From NCBI RefSeq assembly GCF_963676685.1, contig NC_092348.1:992001-1056000 (forward strand): a DNA stretch of 64,000 nucleotides, read 5' to 3'. Numbering within the stretch: the stretch's first letter is position 1; every line of letters begins with the position of its first letter. Source of the stretch: Mytilus edulis. Its lineage: Eukaryota. This document shows, one piece after another, positions 40,101 through 51,950 of the stretch. The position numbers and the translations under genes are program-made. The notes beneath the pieces were generated by a model that saw only the letters and a list, made by a program, of their open reading frames with translations, was not told where the DNA came from and did no database searches.

Positions 40101-41559
40101 CTCTACTTTCCGCTATATAGATGATGTTCTTTCACTAAATAATTCAAAATTTGGTGACTATGTGGAACGCATCTATCCCATCGAGCTAGAGATAAAGGAT
40201 ACTACAGATACAGTTAAGTCGGCCTCATATCTTGATTTACATCTAGAAATTGACAATGAGGGTCGGTTGAAAAGAAAACTTTACGACAAAAGAGATGATT
40301 TCAGCTTTCCAATTGTGAACTTTCCATTTTTAAGTAGCAACATTCGATCAGCACCTGCATACGGGGTATATATCTCCCAATTGAAACTTTATTCCCGTGC
40401 TTGCATTTTCTATCATGATTTTCTTGAAAGAGGGTTGCTGCTCACAAGGAAGCTATTAAACCAAGATTTCCAAATGGTGAAGTTGAAATCATCCCTTCGT
40501 AAATTTTACGGACGCCATCACGAGTTGGTTGACCGTTCTGGAATAACCGTTTTACAAATGATATCGGATATGTTCCTTATGTCGTAACTACAACACCCTT
40601 CACTATTGACGGATTTGAACTACCGAATTAGACTATTTACCGGATTTGTTATCACATAAGCAACACGACGGGTGACGCATGTGGAGCAGGATCTGCTTAC
40701 CCTTCAGGAGAACCTGAGATCACCCCTAGTTTTTTGGTGGGGTTCGTGTTGTTTATTCTTTAGTGTTCTATGTTGTTTCATGTGTACTGTTGTTTGTTTG
40801 TCTTTTTCATTTTTAGCCATGGCGTTGTCATTTTGTTTTAGATTTATGAGTTTGACTGTCCCTTTGGTATCTTTCGTCCCTCTTTCCGTACACGACAAAA
40901 CTGAAACAACAAAAATCTAAAATTAAAAGTACAAAATGTTGTGTGATAGACTCATATGAATAAAACTAGTCATAACAAGAATGTGTCCATGGTAAACCAA
41001 TTGCACTATCATTTGCTATGTTCAATGAACCTATAAATATGGGTCAAAACTCTAATTTGGCATTAAAATTAGAAAGATCATATCACAGGAAACATGTGTT
41101 TTAAGTTTCAAGTTAATTGGACTTCGGTTTCATCAAACACTATCTTCAGCAAAAACTTTAACATGAGAAGGACGGACGAACAGACAGACAAACAGACAGA
41201 CGGACGGACGAACGAACGAACGCACAAACCATAAAACATAATGTCCATAAAAATATTCATAATAAAATTAGTGTTCACCAATTTCATTCGTACAACCAGG
41301 AACATAGATATTGTATATTAAATATATTATACCCAGATACAACATGTATATGATATGTACATGTAGTTGTTATCATTATGATAGTTTGATTGATTAATTG
41401 TTGGTTGCTTAAAGTCTATTGGTAAATATGTCATGCATGTTCAGGACGAAATTTGTTAGTCTGAACGATGAATCTTAAATGATAGGAGTATACTATGTAA
41501 GCTATGATATTCTGCAAATAAATCTAAACACAAAATTGCATACCCACGTTAGCTTCCAT
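37166..41559 (-). CDS. Ankyrin-repeat + cGAS-like receptor (cGLR, Mab-21 NTase) gene, copy B; exon 1 41559-41544 (MEANV), exon 2 39658-37166; two frameshifts at homopolymers (A12 at 38320-38331, C5 at ~37734-37738); ~836 aa if repaired
   Basis: ~6 ankyrin repeats (LQKAVRENNIKMVEQLV, CPLHWAV...LLNLFLEHGANID, GSPLHLI, GYTALH, DINTKDINGMTILHFS, KDKFGRGCLYYA), then NTase motifs GSTSEGTK..QDEFDY and ISIDLVP (catalytic E/D/D intact) and Mab-21 C-terminal motifs RLSFSSIEK and ITSYILKN. Gene versus young pseudogene is unresolved. Confidence 0.8.
39995..40870 (+). mobile_element. Penelope-like element reverse-transcriptase 3' fragment, antisense in intron 1 of cGLR copy B
   Basis: FRYIDDVLSLNN...IYPIELE...SYLDL...LYDKRDDFSFPIVNFPFLSSNI...YGVYISQL; degenerate second fragment at ~34305-34600. 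Confidence 0.85.
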
Positions 41560-42859
41560 TTCCGTTCACTTTATTGCATTGAAGTGTTGATCGATGAGTA
41601 GTCTAGAACCTTTTTTAAATCATTACATCAGTAAGAATCCAACTGGATCATTTAAAAAACATATTTTCAAATAAAAGATATGATATCATCTGCCTTCTCA
41701 ATATTAGTAACAGTGTGCACATTTTTTATGAATGTAACAGTATTAATTTTGTTTACCTATAAAGTAACTTTACGCTCTACTGAGAAAGTGGTCACTTGGT
41801 GGTGTATTCATGGTATTGGAATCCGATAAAACAGAAGAGAATAAATAAAATTATTTTAAGTCGATTTACATAAACGTTATAAACATAAAATCTGTTGAAA
41901 TTTTGTCGACATATATCAATTAAAACACATATAAATACATATAACACACACCACAAAAAATGGTAGTTTTTTTAGTAGTATGAAGTCTTCAGTTATTTAA
42001 ATGTTTAAAGTTGAATAACTTCATTGGTACACAATTCAATGCACGAACTTAATATTGTTTTGTCGCTTTATTCACAATACATCTTTCGGATCACATGACG
42101 TGTGGACAGGATACATATGATAGAAAAATAATGTAAATTAAAAACAAATGTCAGATAAAAATAAATTTATTTGGCTTCTGTCATCGGAGGATGATTCTGT
42201 AATAACTTACTCTATTTGAATGATATAAAAAGAGATCAGAAATATTAAACATTATCATCATTAGAACAATATGATATAGACATCGCGTCTGGCGTACTAA
42301 ATTATATTCCTGGTACCTTTGATAACTATTGTTGTCATTTGGTCTTAGATGGATAACTGTCTCATTGGCAACTACACCACATCTATTATTTTTGTAATGT
42401 ATAATCAGGATTTATTTTGATTGCAGGGTGAATCCTGATAGTAAAACAACATTGTTAGTAGTAAGGATTTTATAGTTTGAATAGATACTTATATATATAT
42501 ACAAATAGTACATCTCTGGTCTAAATTAGGGAAATAAGCCTGATGTAAAAAATACTTTTTAAAATCCAATCTCTCTCATTTAATTGTAGAAACCACTTAA
42601 GACACTGCGTTAAAACGATGATTTTCATATAATATTTTAATAACATTATAGTATACCACAAATTTAACATGTGACTATAAAAGTGAGACATGAATGTGTA
42701 TCATTTCTGATTAAGAATAACTTGTTTTTAGTTTAACAGCCATCCAGTCACCCAAGCAAAAACCGATGGAGTTACATGACTTGACACATTATAAAAACTT
42801 TATAGTTTGTTTTAGTTTGTATATGGGGTGCTTGGTTTTGAAAATGGGTGAGTCTTGTA

Positions 42860-43760
42860 TAACATTGCAACTCATTTGGGTATAACTAGAAGCTGGAAAA
42901 AGGAAGGAGAAATAAATGTGGCAAATAAAATAAATCTTGCAAGACGAACTTTGTATGCGCTAATGGGCTCCGGGGGTGCATGGGACAAATGGCTTAGACC
43001 CAATAACATCTTACAAAATCTACAACACATATGTTCTGCCAAGACTTCTTTGTGGTTTGGAAGCCATTCCTCTAAAAAAGACCTATATAACCCAGCTGTA
43101 ATCTTGTCATAGAAAGAATTTAAGACATTTTCGTCATATTTTACTTGCAGTCAAACGTTCAAAGAGTTAATGATATCATCATCAGACAAATGTCGGTTAA
43201 CTAAGATAACCCGAACAGTTTTTTTTTTCTATAATTGGAGAAATCCTATTAACGGACGATGCTCAATCTAGATCAATTATAAAATATATGGAAACTAAGC
43301 ATCTTCTTATTGGCAAAAATCATCCAGTTTGGACTATATTTGACAAAACAAAAGCTGAAGTTCGGAAAGATATTGTTAAAACTAGAATAGTTTCAGGAAC
43401 ATTTATACTAAATTCTAATAGAGTGAAATTTAATCGATCACCTTCTCAACTCTGTCAATTATGTAATCTTTTTGAGGGAAATATCTCTCATTTTCTTCTG
43501 GAGCGTCCACTGTTATCCAAAACTAGAATTACATACTTTGAAACGAGCAAGGACTATGTTACTCAACATACAACAGATGAAGTCTGGCACAGTGTCTTTC
43601 AATTCAAACCAAACATTATCAGGCTAATTATAGACAGCAGACATTTTTAACCAATATCAACAGATATCAATATAATGAACACGATAGAAGCCAAAAATAG
43701 GGAGATGTGATATAAACTATATATAAAGCGCTTAAAGTTGCTTGAGGCAATGGATGGTTG
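42860..43760 (+). mobile_element. Degenerate LINE (non-LTR) ORF2 C-terminal fragment
   Basis: HLGI...INLARRTLYALMG(SGVHG.NGLDP...YVLPRLL.GLE, frameshifted) and C-terminal CQLC...HFLL zinc-knuckle-like motif. Confidence 0.75.
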
Positions 43761-43822
43761 ACGGTCTGAAACAAAGAGTTTCCAATCCGTATAATTTGTG
43801 TTTTATCATTTACAAATGACAG

Positions 43823-43970
43823 NNNNNNNNNNNNNNNNNNNNNNNNNNNNNNNNNNNNNNNNNNNNNNNNNNNNNNNNNNNNNNNNNNNNNNNNNNNNNN
43901 NNNNNNNNNNNNNNNNNNNNNNNNNNNNNNNNNNNNNNNNNNNNNNNNNNNNNNNNNNNNNNNNNNNNNT
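43823..43970. other. Assembly gap (148 N)
   Basis: Run of N. Confidence 1.
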
Positions 43971-44951
43971 AATTGCAGTTATTCTTAAATTAATGAAATA
44001 ATTGGTGCTTGTTAATAACGAGTCGAGTATTTTTAAAACTTATAAATAGGAAGACAAAATAATAAAGGCAGCTGCATTAGTATACCGCTGTTGGAAAGTC
44101 ATAAATCGATTGAGACAAAAACAAATTCGGGTTACAAACTAAAACCGAACGAAACACATCAACTATAAGAGGTAAACAACGAAACACTGAAGTGATCATA
44201 ACCAAACGAAAATGCAACAAGCACAGAAACAAACTATCAGATAACAATTGCCATTTTCTTGACTTGGTAGAGGACATTTAAAAAAAAAGTAGATTGATTC
44301 TGGTTTTGCGGCTAGCTAAACATCGCACTTTTATGGCAATGTAAAATATATAAACACTAAAATGACACCATTACAATGACAGGAATATAGTACAAGTCAA
44401 TGCAAGAACATTCAAGACAGAGAAATACGCAAATAAACAATACAATAGCACATTTTGCGCCTAATAGTTATCAAAGGTACCAGACTTTAATACGCCAGAA
44501 ATGCATTTCTTCAACACAAGACTCATCGGTGACGCTCAGATCGAGCGACTAGTAATCAAGCAAAACATGTACAAAGTTTAAGAGCATAGAAGACTCAAAA
44601 TTCCAAAACGTTGTGCCAAATACTATGAATACGAATAAGGTAATCTATGCCTTGGATAAGAAAATCCTTTGTCTTCTTTTTATCAGGAATTATTCTCTTT
44701 TAACAGTAACCAAATATAATGGGATATATATGTCAATCAGTATCTTTGATTGTTCCAGTGAATATCATAACAAAGGGAAATGAAAATACGCTTATCTTAG
44801 TTTCAGTGTTCTACAGCTATCATTTCTTTTTTTTATGTTCATTGTCATTATTAATGCTGCTAAAATTATCGGCCATTTTTTGGGGGGTAATGCTTTTTTA
44901 ACTTTTGTTATGATTAATTATATATTATTGCTTTTTTGTATTTTTGTTTTA

Positions 44952-45610
44952 ATGGCGATAACTTCCAAAGCTGCGGTGTGTGTGACCCTCGAAACTTCAC
45001 TAAAACCATGCATCGTCTGGTGTACAGAATGCGATGAAGGACTATGCCAAAAAATGCCAAGTACACGATAGGCATCAAGAAACCATATAATTCTATGTAT
45101 TACCGAACGACCGAAATTACCAGCTGATGTACTGAAAATCAGCCAATACTGTAGTAATCACAATGAAAAGTTCAAACTGTATTACTGACAGCATGATTGT
45201 CCTTGTTGCAGCAAATATATTGTTGAGAACCATTCAAAGTGCAGGGGCGTCGTTAATACAGATGACGTCATTCAAAATGTCAAAACTGCTTATGCCCTGT
45301 ACGAGATGGAGACACCATTAATGAACAGCAGAAAATATACAGAAAATGTGCCAGCATCAACAAGATAAGCTTTCGACATTGAAAGAGAAAAGAAAAGAAA
45401 TTGTAAAAGAAATCAAGAAGACAAGAATAAAGATCAATAACCATCTCGACAAATTACAGGAAAATTTAATGAAACAACTCTATGCAGTCGAAGAAAAAGA
45501 AAACTCGAAAATTTGTCAGCTGTTGTTATCATTGTAAAAAAAGTGAAATAGCCGCATGTCAAATAAACATTGGAAACATCAAACAATACGCGACGGACAT
45601 TCAGGCGTTT
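44952..45610 (+). pseudogene. B-box/coiled-coil (TRIM-like) pseudogene fragment
   Basis: VWCTECDEGLC..C (B-box 1), YCSNHNEKFKLYY*QHDCPCC...NHSKC (B-box 2) and coiled coil KEIVKEIKKTRIKINNHLDKLQENL; contains stops and frameshifts. Confidence 0.8.
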
Positions 45611-46544
45611 TACCCTGTTAGCGATCAACTCGGTCGCGCTGCTTTTGAAGTTTATAATTTTATATGAGTTTTTTTTTTTGCTTTTTTGTTTTTACCTCGA
45701 CTCGTTTGTTTTAATATGGTAATTTTTATAAAATTCCGGTTACAAAACTTTGAATTGTTCGAAAAACTAAGGATTTTCTTATCCCAGGAATAGATTACCT
45801 TAGCCGTATTACGCACAACTTTTTAGAATTTTGGGTCTTCAATGCTTTCAACTTTGTACTTCTTTGTCTTTATAACTATTTTGATCTGAGCGTCACTGAT
45901 GAGTATTCGAATCGCGCGTCTGGCGTATAAAATTATAATCCTGGTACCTTTGATAACTATATTAAAAGATTTTAACATCGGTATACTCATTTTTTTTTTA
46001 AATTTTATATATTTGACTCTGTATGACAAGTTTTTGCTCCCTATGGTCCTATAGCTCCAAGGTATCTTTACATCCACGAATTTCGAATGTTTAGGCACTA
46101 TCTTACCTGATCTTACCTGGTGAAATAAATACAAATAAGCGCTTCTGATGCACGAAATTTATAAAGTTTTTTATTTTTCATTTTCGATTTACATGTTCAG
46201 AAATACTATAGAAAACCACTGTTACCCAAAACGTTATTTACACAGTTTTTTTAGTTGATCTACTCACTGGCCAAAAATAATTTCACTAGGTAACGCTTGT
46301 ACTCTGTTAATGTATAGCCTACAGTTTCTGTTAGCCAATTATTGCTAAATAACGTAAAAAAATAAATAAACACCATCATAATTTCACAGAAAAATTAAGT
46401 CTTTATATACAATTCATTTGATAATTCGACTTAATGAATTTCATTTTTTTGATAAGATGCGTTTCATCTGTAAATGTTATCACATATAAATAAAAAAATC
46501 TTTTCAATAGTTATCACATATAAGCAAAACTTTGGCACATAATA

Positions 46545-46940
46545 ATCGGATTTTATCACATATAAATAGTTAGCACATCAACATATATAGTTACCACGTA
46601 TAAATAGATAGTTAGTACATATAAATAGATAGTTAGCACATATGAATAGAAAAGCACATATAAATAGATAGTTAACACGTATAAATAGATAGTTAACACA
46701 TATGAATAGGTAGTTATCACATATGAATAGGTAGTTATCACTTACAAATAGATAGTTATCACATATAAATACATAGTTATCTCAGAAATAGATAGTTAGC
46801 ACTTACAAATAGATAGTTATCACATACAAATAGATAGTTAGCACTTATAAATAAAAAGTAATCGCATATTGATAAAAAGTTATCACATATGAATAAATAG
46901 TTATCATATTTGAAGAAAAAAAAATAGTAATCACATATTT
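46545..46940. repeat. ~21-bp minisatellite
   Basis: ATAGATAGTTA(G/T)CACATATAA variants, ~17 copies. Confidence 0.9.
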
Positions 46941-47264
46941 AAGAAATATCATAACGATTTAGCATTTGTATATGCCTCCATCTATAAAAATCCTCAAATA
47001 TCGTGTTATCAAAATATCTATTAGCGTGTGAGTCGTCAAGAAAACTTTCAGAATTTATACAGCCTCACATATAAGGTCAAAAAGGGCATTAACAGCAAAA
47101 TTATCAGGTAGAGGTAAAATTCTTGGAGGTAGTGGTTGTATTTTTGAGGTATTTGTAGAAATCTTTGAGGTAGGATTTATGATCAATCTTTGGGTTATAG
47201 CTACTGAAAAAGAACCAACTATTTTGTTGCACGTGATAATGCCCGTTAGTCTCGGTCTAAGGTC

Positions 47265-48794
47265 TTATATAGTATCGGGTGTGAACAGAATGCTCGGCCA
47301 GTTCGTTCTATGGTCGAAACTGAAATCAGTCAGCGCATAAGTTATAATTGTTGGTTCTTTATCTGTAGACCTTTGTGCATTAACCGACTTAATAAAGTCT
47401 ATTCCTTTCTTTTCCAGAACAAATTTACATGTAGGTGACAAAAGAGCATGTGTATCCCAGGGACTTGTGTTTGCATTGTTGATGATGATACAAAGCCCAC
47501 AGCTCATACATTCGATCACGTGTTCAAACCCGTTGCGATAAAAACCGGCATCAGCAAACTTCTGAAAATCTTCATCTCCATCATCTTCCGTGGACAGGTC
47601 TGAATTATCAAACTTCTTATGGTGTACTCGATACGGCGGAAATCTCTCTGGAGCTAATGTTTGTTGCACATAGGGACATAACGGCATGTAACTTGCATGG
47701 TATAACATTGGTTCAAGGTCCATAGCTGACAAAGGGATATGCCATCCACATTGAAAACACTGCATGCGGTCAGGTTCAGCTATGCATACAAATCCTGCCA
47801 GGGCAATCGTCTCTCTTCTACTATGGTCCTCTATGTTCTTTAAAGTTTCTCTTCTCTTGTCTATATCTTCAAACTCAGGCAGAAATGGAACTTGCATTTT
47901 ACTTGCTGCTTTGTTTAACAGTGCATAAACGACACTACCAAACATATCATTGATGTAGTAGGCATGTGACGGCTTGTATTCCCCACTCACTGAACAAGAC
48001 ACAGACCACAAATTACTTTTAGAATGGGGGTTATACGCATCCATAACACATTTCATCAACTCCAGTAAACCTTTACTCATCTCACTATCACCAAACTTTT
48101 CCTCCTCAGTTTCGAGGAAATCATCGGTAAATCCTAAACTAATTGTAGTGTTCAGATCACATAGAAATCCACAGTCTTCGCAAGCTTGTGGAATATTCAA
48201 TTTAGTATGTTCATTAATATGTTTATAGAATTCAGGCAGATCAATGAGAAAGTTCTTATTCCTGGCTGTTATCAACACTCCATACAGGTCCATGTCCATT
48301 TGTTGGAGGAGAAGGCCCTTCGATGAAACAAAATTAGATGCTCCGGTATTCGCATGTAAGATGGAATAACTTGGTATTATTGTCAATAGTTCAGTTTTTA
48401 GATTAGAAACCCAATTCGTGTTAAATCTTATAATTGATGTGTCCCTAAGACAAAATAAACCGTTGACGGATGAAACTTTGCCATCTGTAATCAGTGTGAT
48501 GATTTTTCGCCTTATACTTGGTTCCGTGCAGGCGGACTTTATCATATGGCTGCTTTTTTTGTTTACAGATAAACTTTTAGAAAATATAATCAGTACTTTT
48601 CTGGACTTTGCGACGAGACTAAATGCAGTATCGAAAGTGTTCGTGCCTGGCATGCCATTTTCTTGTAAAGAACTAAAGGAAATATGCTCTGATTCTAAGA
48701 CCGGAAGTATATCATCCCGAGCTTGTTCATCACTGTCGTCATAAAACACAAATAATTGATAATGTTCTGATCTCTGTACGGGACTTGCGTCCAT
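47265..48794 (-). CDS. TIR domain + uncharacterised central domain + two BIR domains (TIR-IAP-like protein, 509 aa, single coding exon)
   Basis: aa ~11-137 TIR-like (YQLFVFYDDSD...ILPVLE...GMPG...KSRKVLIIFS); BIR1 ALAGF..C346-X2-C349-X16-H366-X6-C373; BIR2 FADAGFY..C429-X2-C432-X16-H449-X6-C456 followed by FVLEKKGIDFI; no RING; uninterrupted ORF. Confidence 0.88.
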   Translation of the reverse strand: MDASPVQRSEHYQLFVFYDDSDEQARDDILPVLESEHISFSSLQENGMPGTNTFDTAFSLVAKSRKVLIIFSKSLSVNKKSSHMIKSACTEPSIRRKIITLITDGKVSSVNGLFCLRDTSIIRFNTNWVSNLKTELLTIIPSYSILHANTGASNFVSSKGLLLQQMDMDLYGVLITARNKNFLIDLPEFYKHINEHTKLNIPQACEDCGFLCDLNTTISLGFTDDFLETEEEKFGDSEMSKGLLELMKCVMDAYNPHSKSNLWSVSCSVSGEYKPSHAYYINDMFGSVVYALLNKAASKMQVPFLPEFEDIDKRRETLKNIEDHSRRETIALAGFVCIAEPDRMQCFQCGWHIPLSAMDLEPMLYHASYMPLCPYVQQTLAPERFPPYRVHHKKFDNSDLSTEDDGDEDFQKFADAGFYRNGFEHVIECMSCGLCIIINNANTSPWDTHALLSPTCKFVLEKKGIDFIKSVNAQRSTDKEPTIITYALTDFSFDHRTNWPSILFTPDTI

Positions 48795-51654
48795 GCTTTA
48801 TCACGTGCATTCCAATCAGCTACATGTGTTCAATCCATGATTGGAATCTTTAAACAAAAAACATAGAAAAAAAGTTAAGAGAAAAATTTAAAATTAAATA
48901 TTTGCGTCTTCGATATATACATGATTCTTGTTTTAGTTGTTATTGGCTTTGAACTACTAGTAGCTGTCAGTAACGAAGAACACTCTCAGATCAGTACTTG
49001 ATGTCTGTTTTATTTTTGTGATGTATAAGTACCGGTCCACGTCCACGCTGTGGTTTTGTTAGATGCTGATCTATTTGTATTCATCTAATGAGTTATGCCT
49101 TTTTCAACTTTTTGTTACAGTTTGTACTCATGTTGTATTGTTACATCACTATTCCAGATTAGGAGAGAGGTAAGGGCGACCGCAAACATATTTGACGCTA
49201 TCCCATGTTGTACTCTACTAAGTCAGGAGCATATAATTAAGTGGTTGTCGTTTGTTGCTGTACATTATATTTCCCCCATTGTTTTGTATACATAAATCAG
49301 GCTGCTTGTTTTCTTGTTTGAATTGTTTTACATTTGTCATTTCGGGGCCTTTAATAGCTAACTATGCGGTATGAGTTTTGCTCATTGTTGAAGGTCGTAC
49401 CTTGATCTATAATTGTTATAAACTTCTATGTCATTTGGTCCCTGGCGGAGAGTTGGAGTTGTCTCATTGGCAATAAAAACTTGCTAAAATCCTTTCTTTA
49501 TTATATAGTAATGTATCTGTTCGAAGTAATAACATCTTTTGAATCAGTTATTATTTTCGTTTGTTCTGTGGCAGATCTCTGATGGCCTAATAATTCACCA
49601 GAGTTCATGAAAAGTGGTGGTCCGAAGGTTTTGACCACCAAAATGTTCAATGGACTGACACAATTTTTGTATTTCTCAAAATGAATAATAGTATGATCGA
49701 GAAGACAATCAGATAGTGTCTATATCTGTGGAGTAAGATGCAAACATTTGTTTCGGGATGGGTTTCCTTTCAACGTGGAATAATAGATATAGGAAGATGT
49801 GATGTGAATGCCAATGAGACATCTCTCCATCCAAATAACAATTTATAAAAGTAAACCATTATAGGTCAATGTAAGGCCTTCAACACGGAGCCTTGGCTCA
49901 CACCGAACAAAAAGCTATAAAGGGCCCCAAAACAAACTACTAGTGTAAAACCATTCAAAGGGGAAAACCAACGGTCTACACTTCTTTGAGATGAACAATA
50001 AGTTTTAACTTATGATAACGGATGTGGTCCGAGAATGATAAAAATGTACAAGAAATGCATTTGATGACGTAAATTGGTCTTTCATTTTTGGTTGAGACTT
50101 AAAACGACACTTTACTCAGTATAACCATATTTACATGTTGCAAGAACAAAGGAGACTATGTTATTAAAAAATTGCTTGAATTATAACTTATAATTTCATG
50201 AAATACACCATTACATGTACCGTTGCAACGTGGTTTTCGTGTACTAAAAATTCTCATTTCTAATTATAGAAAAATAAATACCCTTTTTATTTCTCTATCA
50301 TTAACAATCTTGAATTGAGAGGGAAGTAAAAGTTTGGATAAAAAGTATTTCAACAAAATCAAAAATGATTTTATATAAATAACTATCTTACCGTTTCATG
50401 CCACAAAGTGTGAGGACAAAGCCATTTTGTTTCTTTCAATGAGCATGCCCAATGTATCAATAGAATTACTCTTGCATTAAATACTGTATGATATATTTAT
50501 AAACTTAATTTTTCCAATCAATAAAAGATAAGTAAATATTAATATTGTGTCTTATTCTGACGAACGGATTTATACAGTTTAAATCACGGACATGTATCTG
50601 GTGTGGTTGGATCTAAAAAAGAAATCATCTACATACTAAGTGGTTTCTTAGAGCCATTTATCACACCGTGAGAAAGAGACGGCTGATCAAACATATTTAA
50701 TAACATTATAGTATACCACAAACTTGATTCAACTAAATAACATGTGTCTATAAGAGCGAGACATAAATGTGTAGCATTAATGATTATACATAACTTGTAT
50801 TTAGTTACCTGTTGGGTAATTTTAAAATTTCCCATTTTTTTGTCCAAATTCAGTCACCCATGCATAATACGACTGATGACTCGACATATACAGACTTTTA
50901 AAACAGTATATAATATAGTTTGCTTTAGTGTGTTTATGGAATGTTTATTTTTGTAAATGGGTAAGTCATTTATATACATTGCTACTTACTTTATTTTCAA
51001 ATGTTCTTACATTGGTTTATCATACATTTACGATAGATCATAACATAGTGTGTCCTGTGGGTTTTGATACATAATTCACATAGTTTTTTCACTGACACCC
51101 CACCCCCCTCTTAACTTAATTTGGGAAGAATTGACTTACCAATAGGGATATATGTAAAAATTGATTTTAGATATACAAAACTTGTTGAATTTTAACCCCC
51201 CCCCCCCGACCCCAAACTATTTGATTTAAGTTTTTTTTATCCTACATCGATCTTTTGATGTCGTCCCTAAAGAACAAAATCAATTTATTTGTACATCCTC
51301 CTTTTCTTTCATCGATATTAAACTCATATAGATAAGAAATAAGGAAAGTGGATAAGTTGGTAAACCAGACACAGGTCTTGTGACACGTTGTTTGTTTTTT
51401 TCTTTAGCGTATTGCTACTTTTTTTTAACAAGGAAACACACGACTGTAGTTAGTTGCGCCTCTTTAACATGTTCCTTAATTAAGGCGAAAATACTAAAGA
51501 TAATAAAACCTTGGAAAAGTATCTAACAATATTATTTTTCCTAACTGAACTCATCAGTTGAAAGAGAACTAACAATGAACAAGCAAAACACGACAAACGT
51601 CAAAAATGCAGTATACAAAAAAGGGCACAAGACATTTGGGCTATACCATATGCA

Positions 51655-51950
51655 TGACGACGATATCATTTGGGCTACACTATAAGCGTGACCACGGTAT
51701 CACTTGGACTAAACCATAATTGTGACCAGTGTATCATGTGGGCTAAACCATAAGCGTGACCATGGTATCACTTGGGCTAAACCATAATAGTGACCATTGT
51801 AACCATAAGCGTAACCACGATATCATTTTGGCCTAAACCATAAACGTCACCACGATAGCATGTGGGCAAAATCATAAGCGTCATCAGGGATCATTTGGTC
51901 TTAAACCATAAACTTGACCAGGGTATCACTTGGGCTAAACCATAAGTATA
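51655..51950. repeat. ~33-bp minisatellite, ~9 diverged copies
   Basis: AAACCATAAGCGTGACCA(C/T)GGTATCACTTGGGCT variants. Confidence 0.85.

Noticed and set aside
47880-48380. TIR-STING identity for the 509-aa protein
   Set aside because: No recognisable STING ligand-binding-domain motifs; the C-terminal part has clear BIR zinc-ligand spacing instead
29680-48794. Bacterial CBASS operon, contamination or recent horizontal transfer
   Set aside because: Spliceosomal intron and micro-exon in the cGLR, animal-type BIR and ANK domains, host transposons interleaved, and contiguity with intron-rich animal genes
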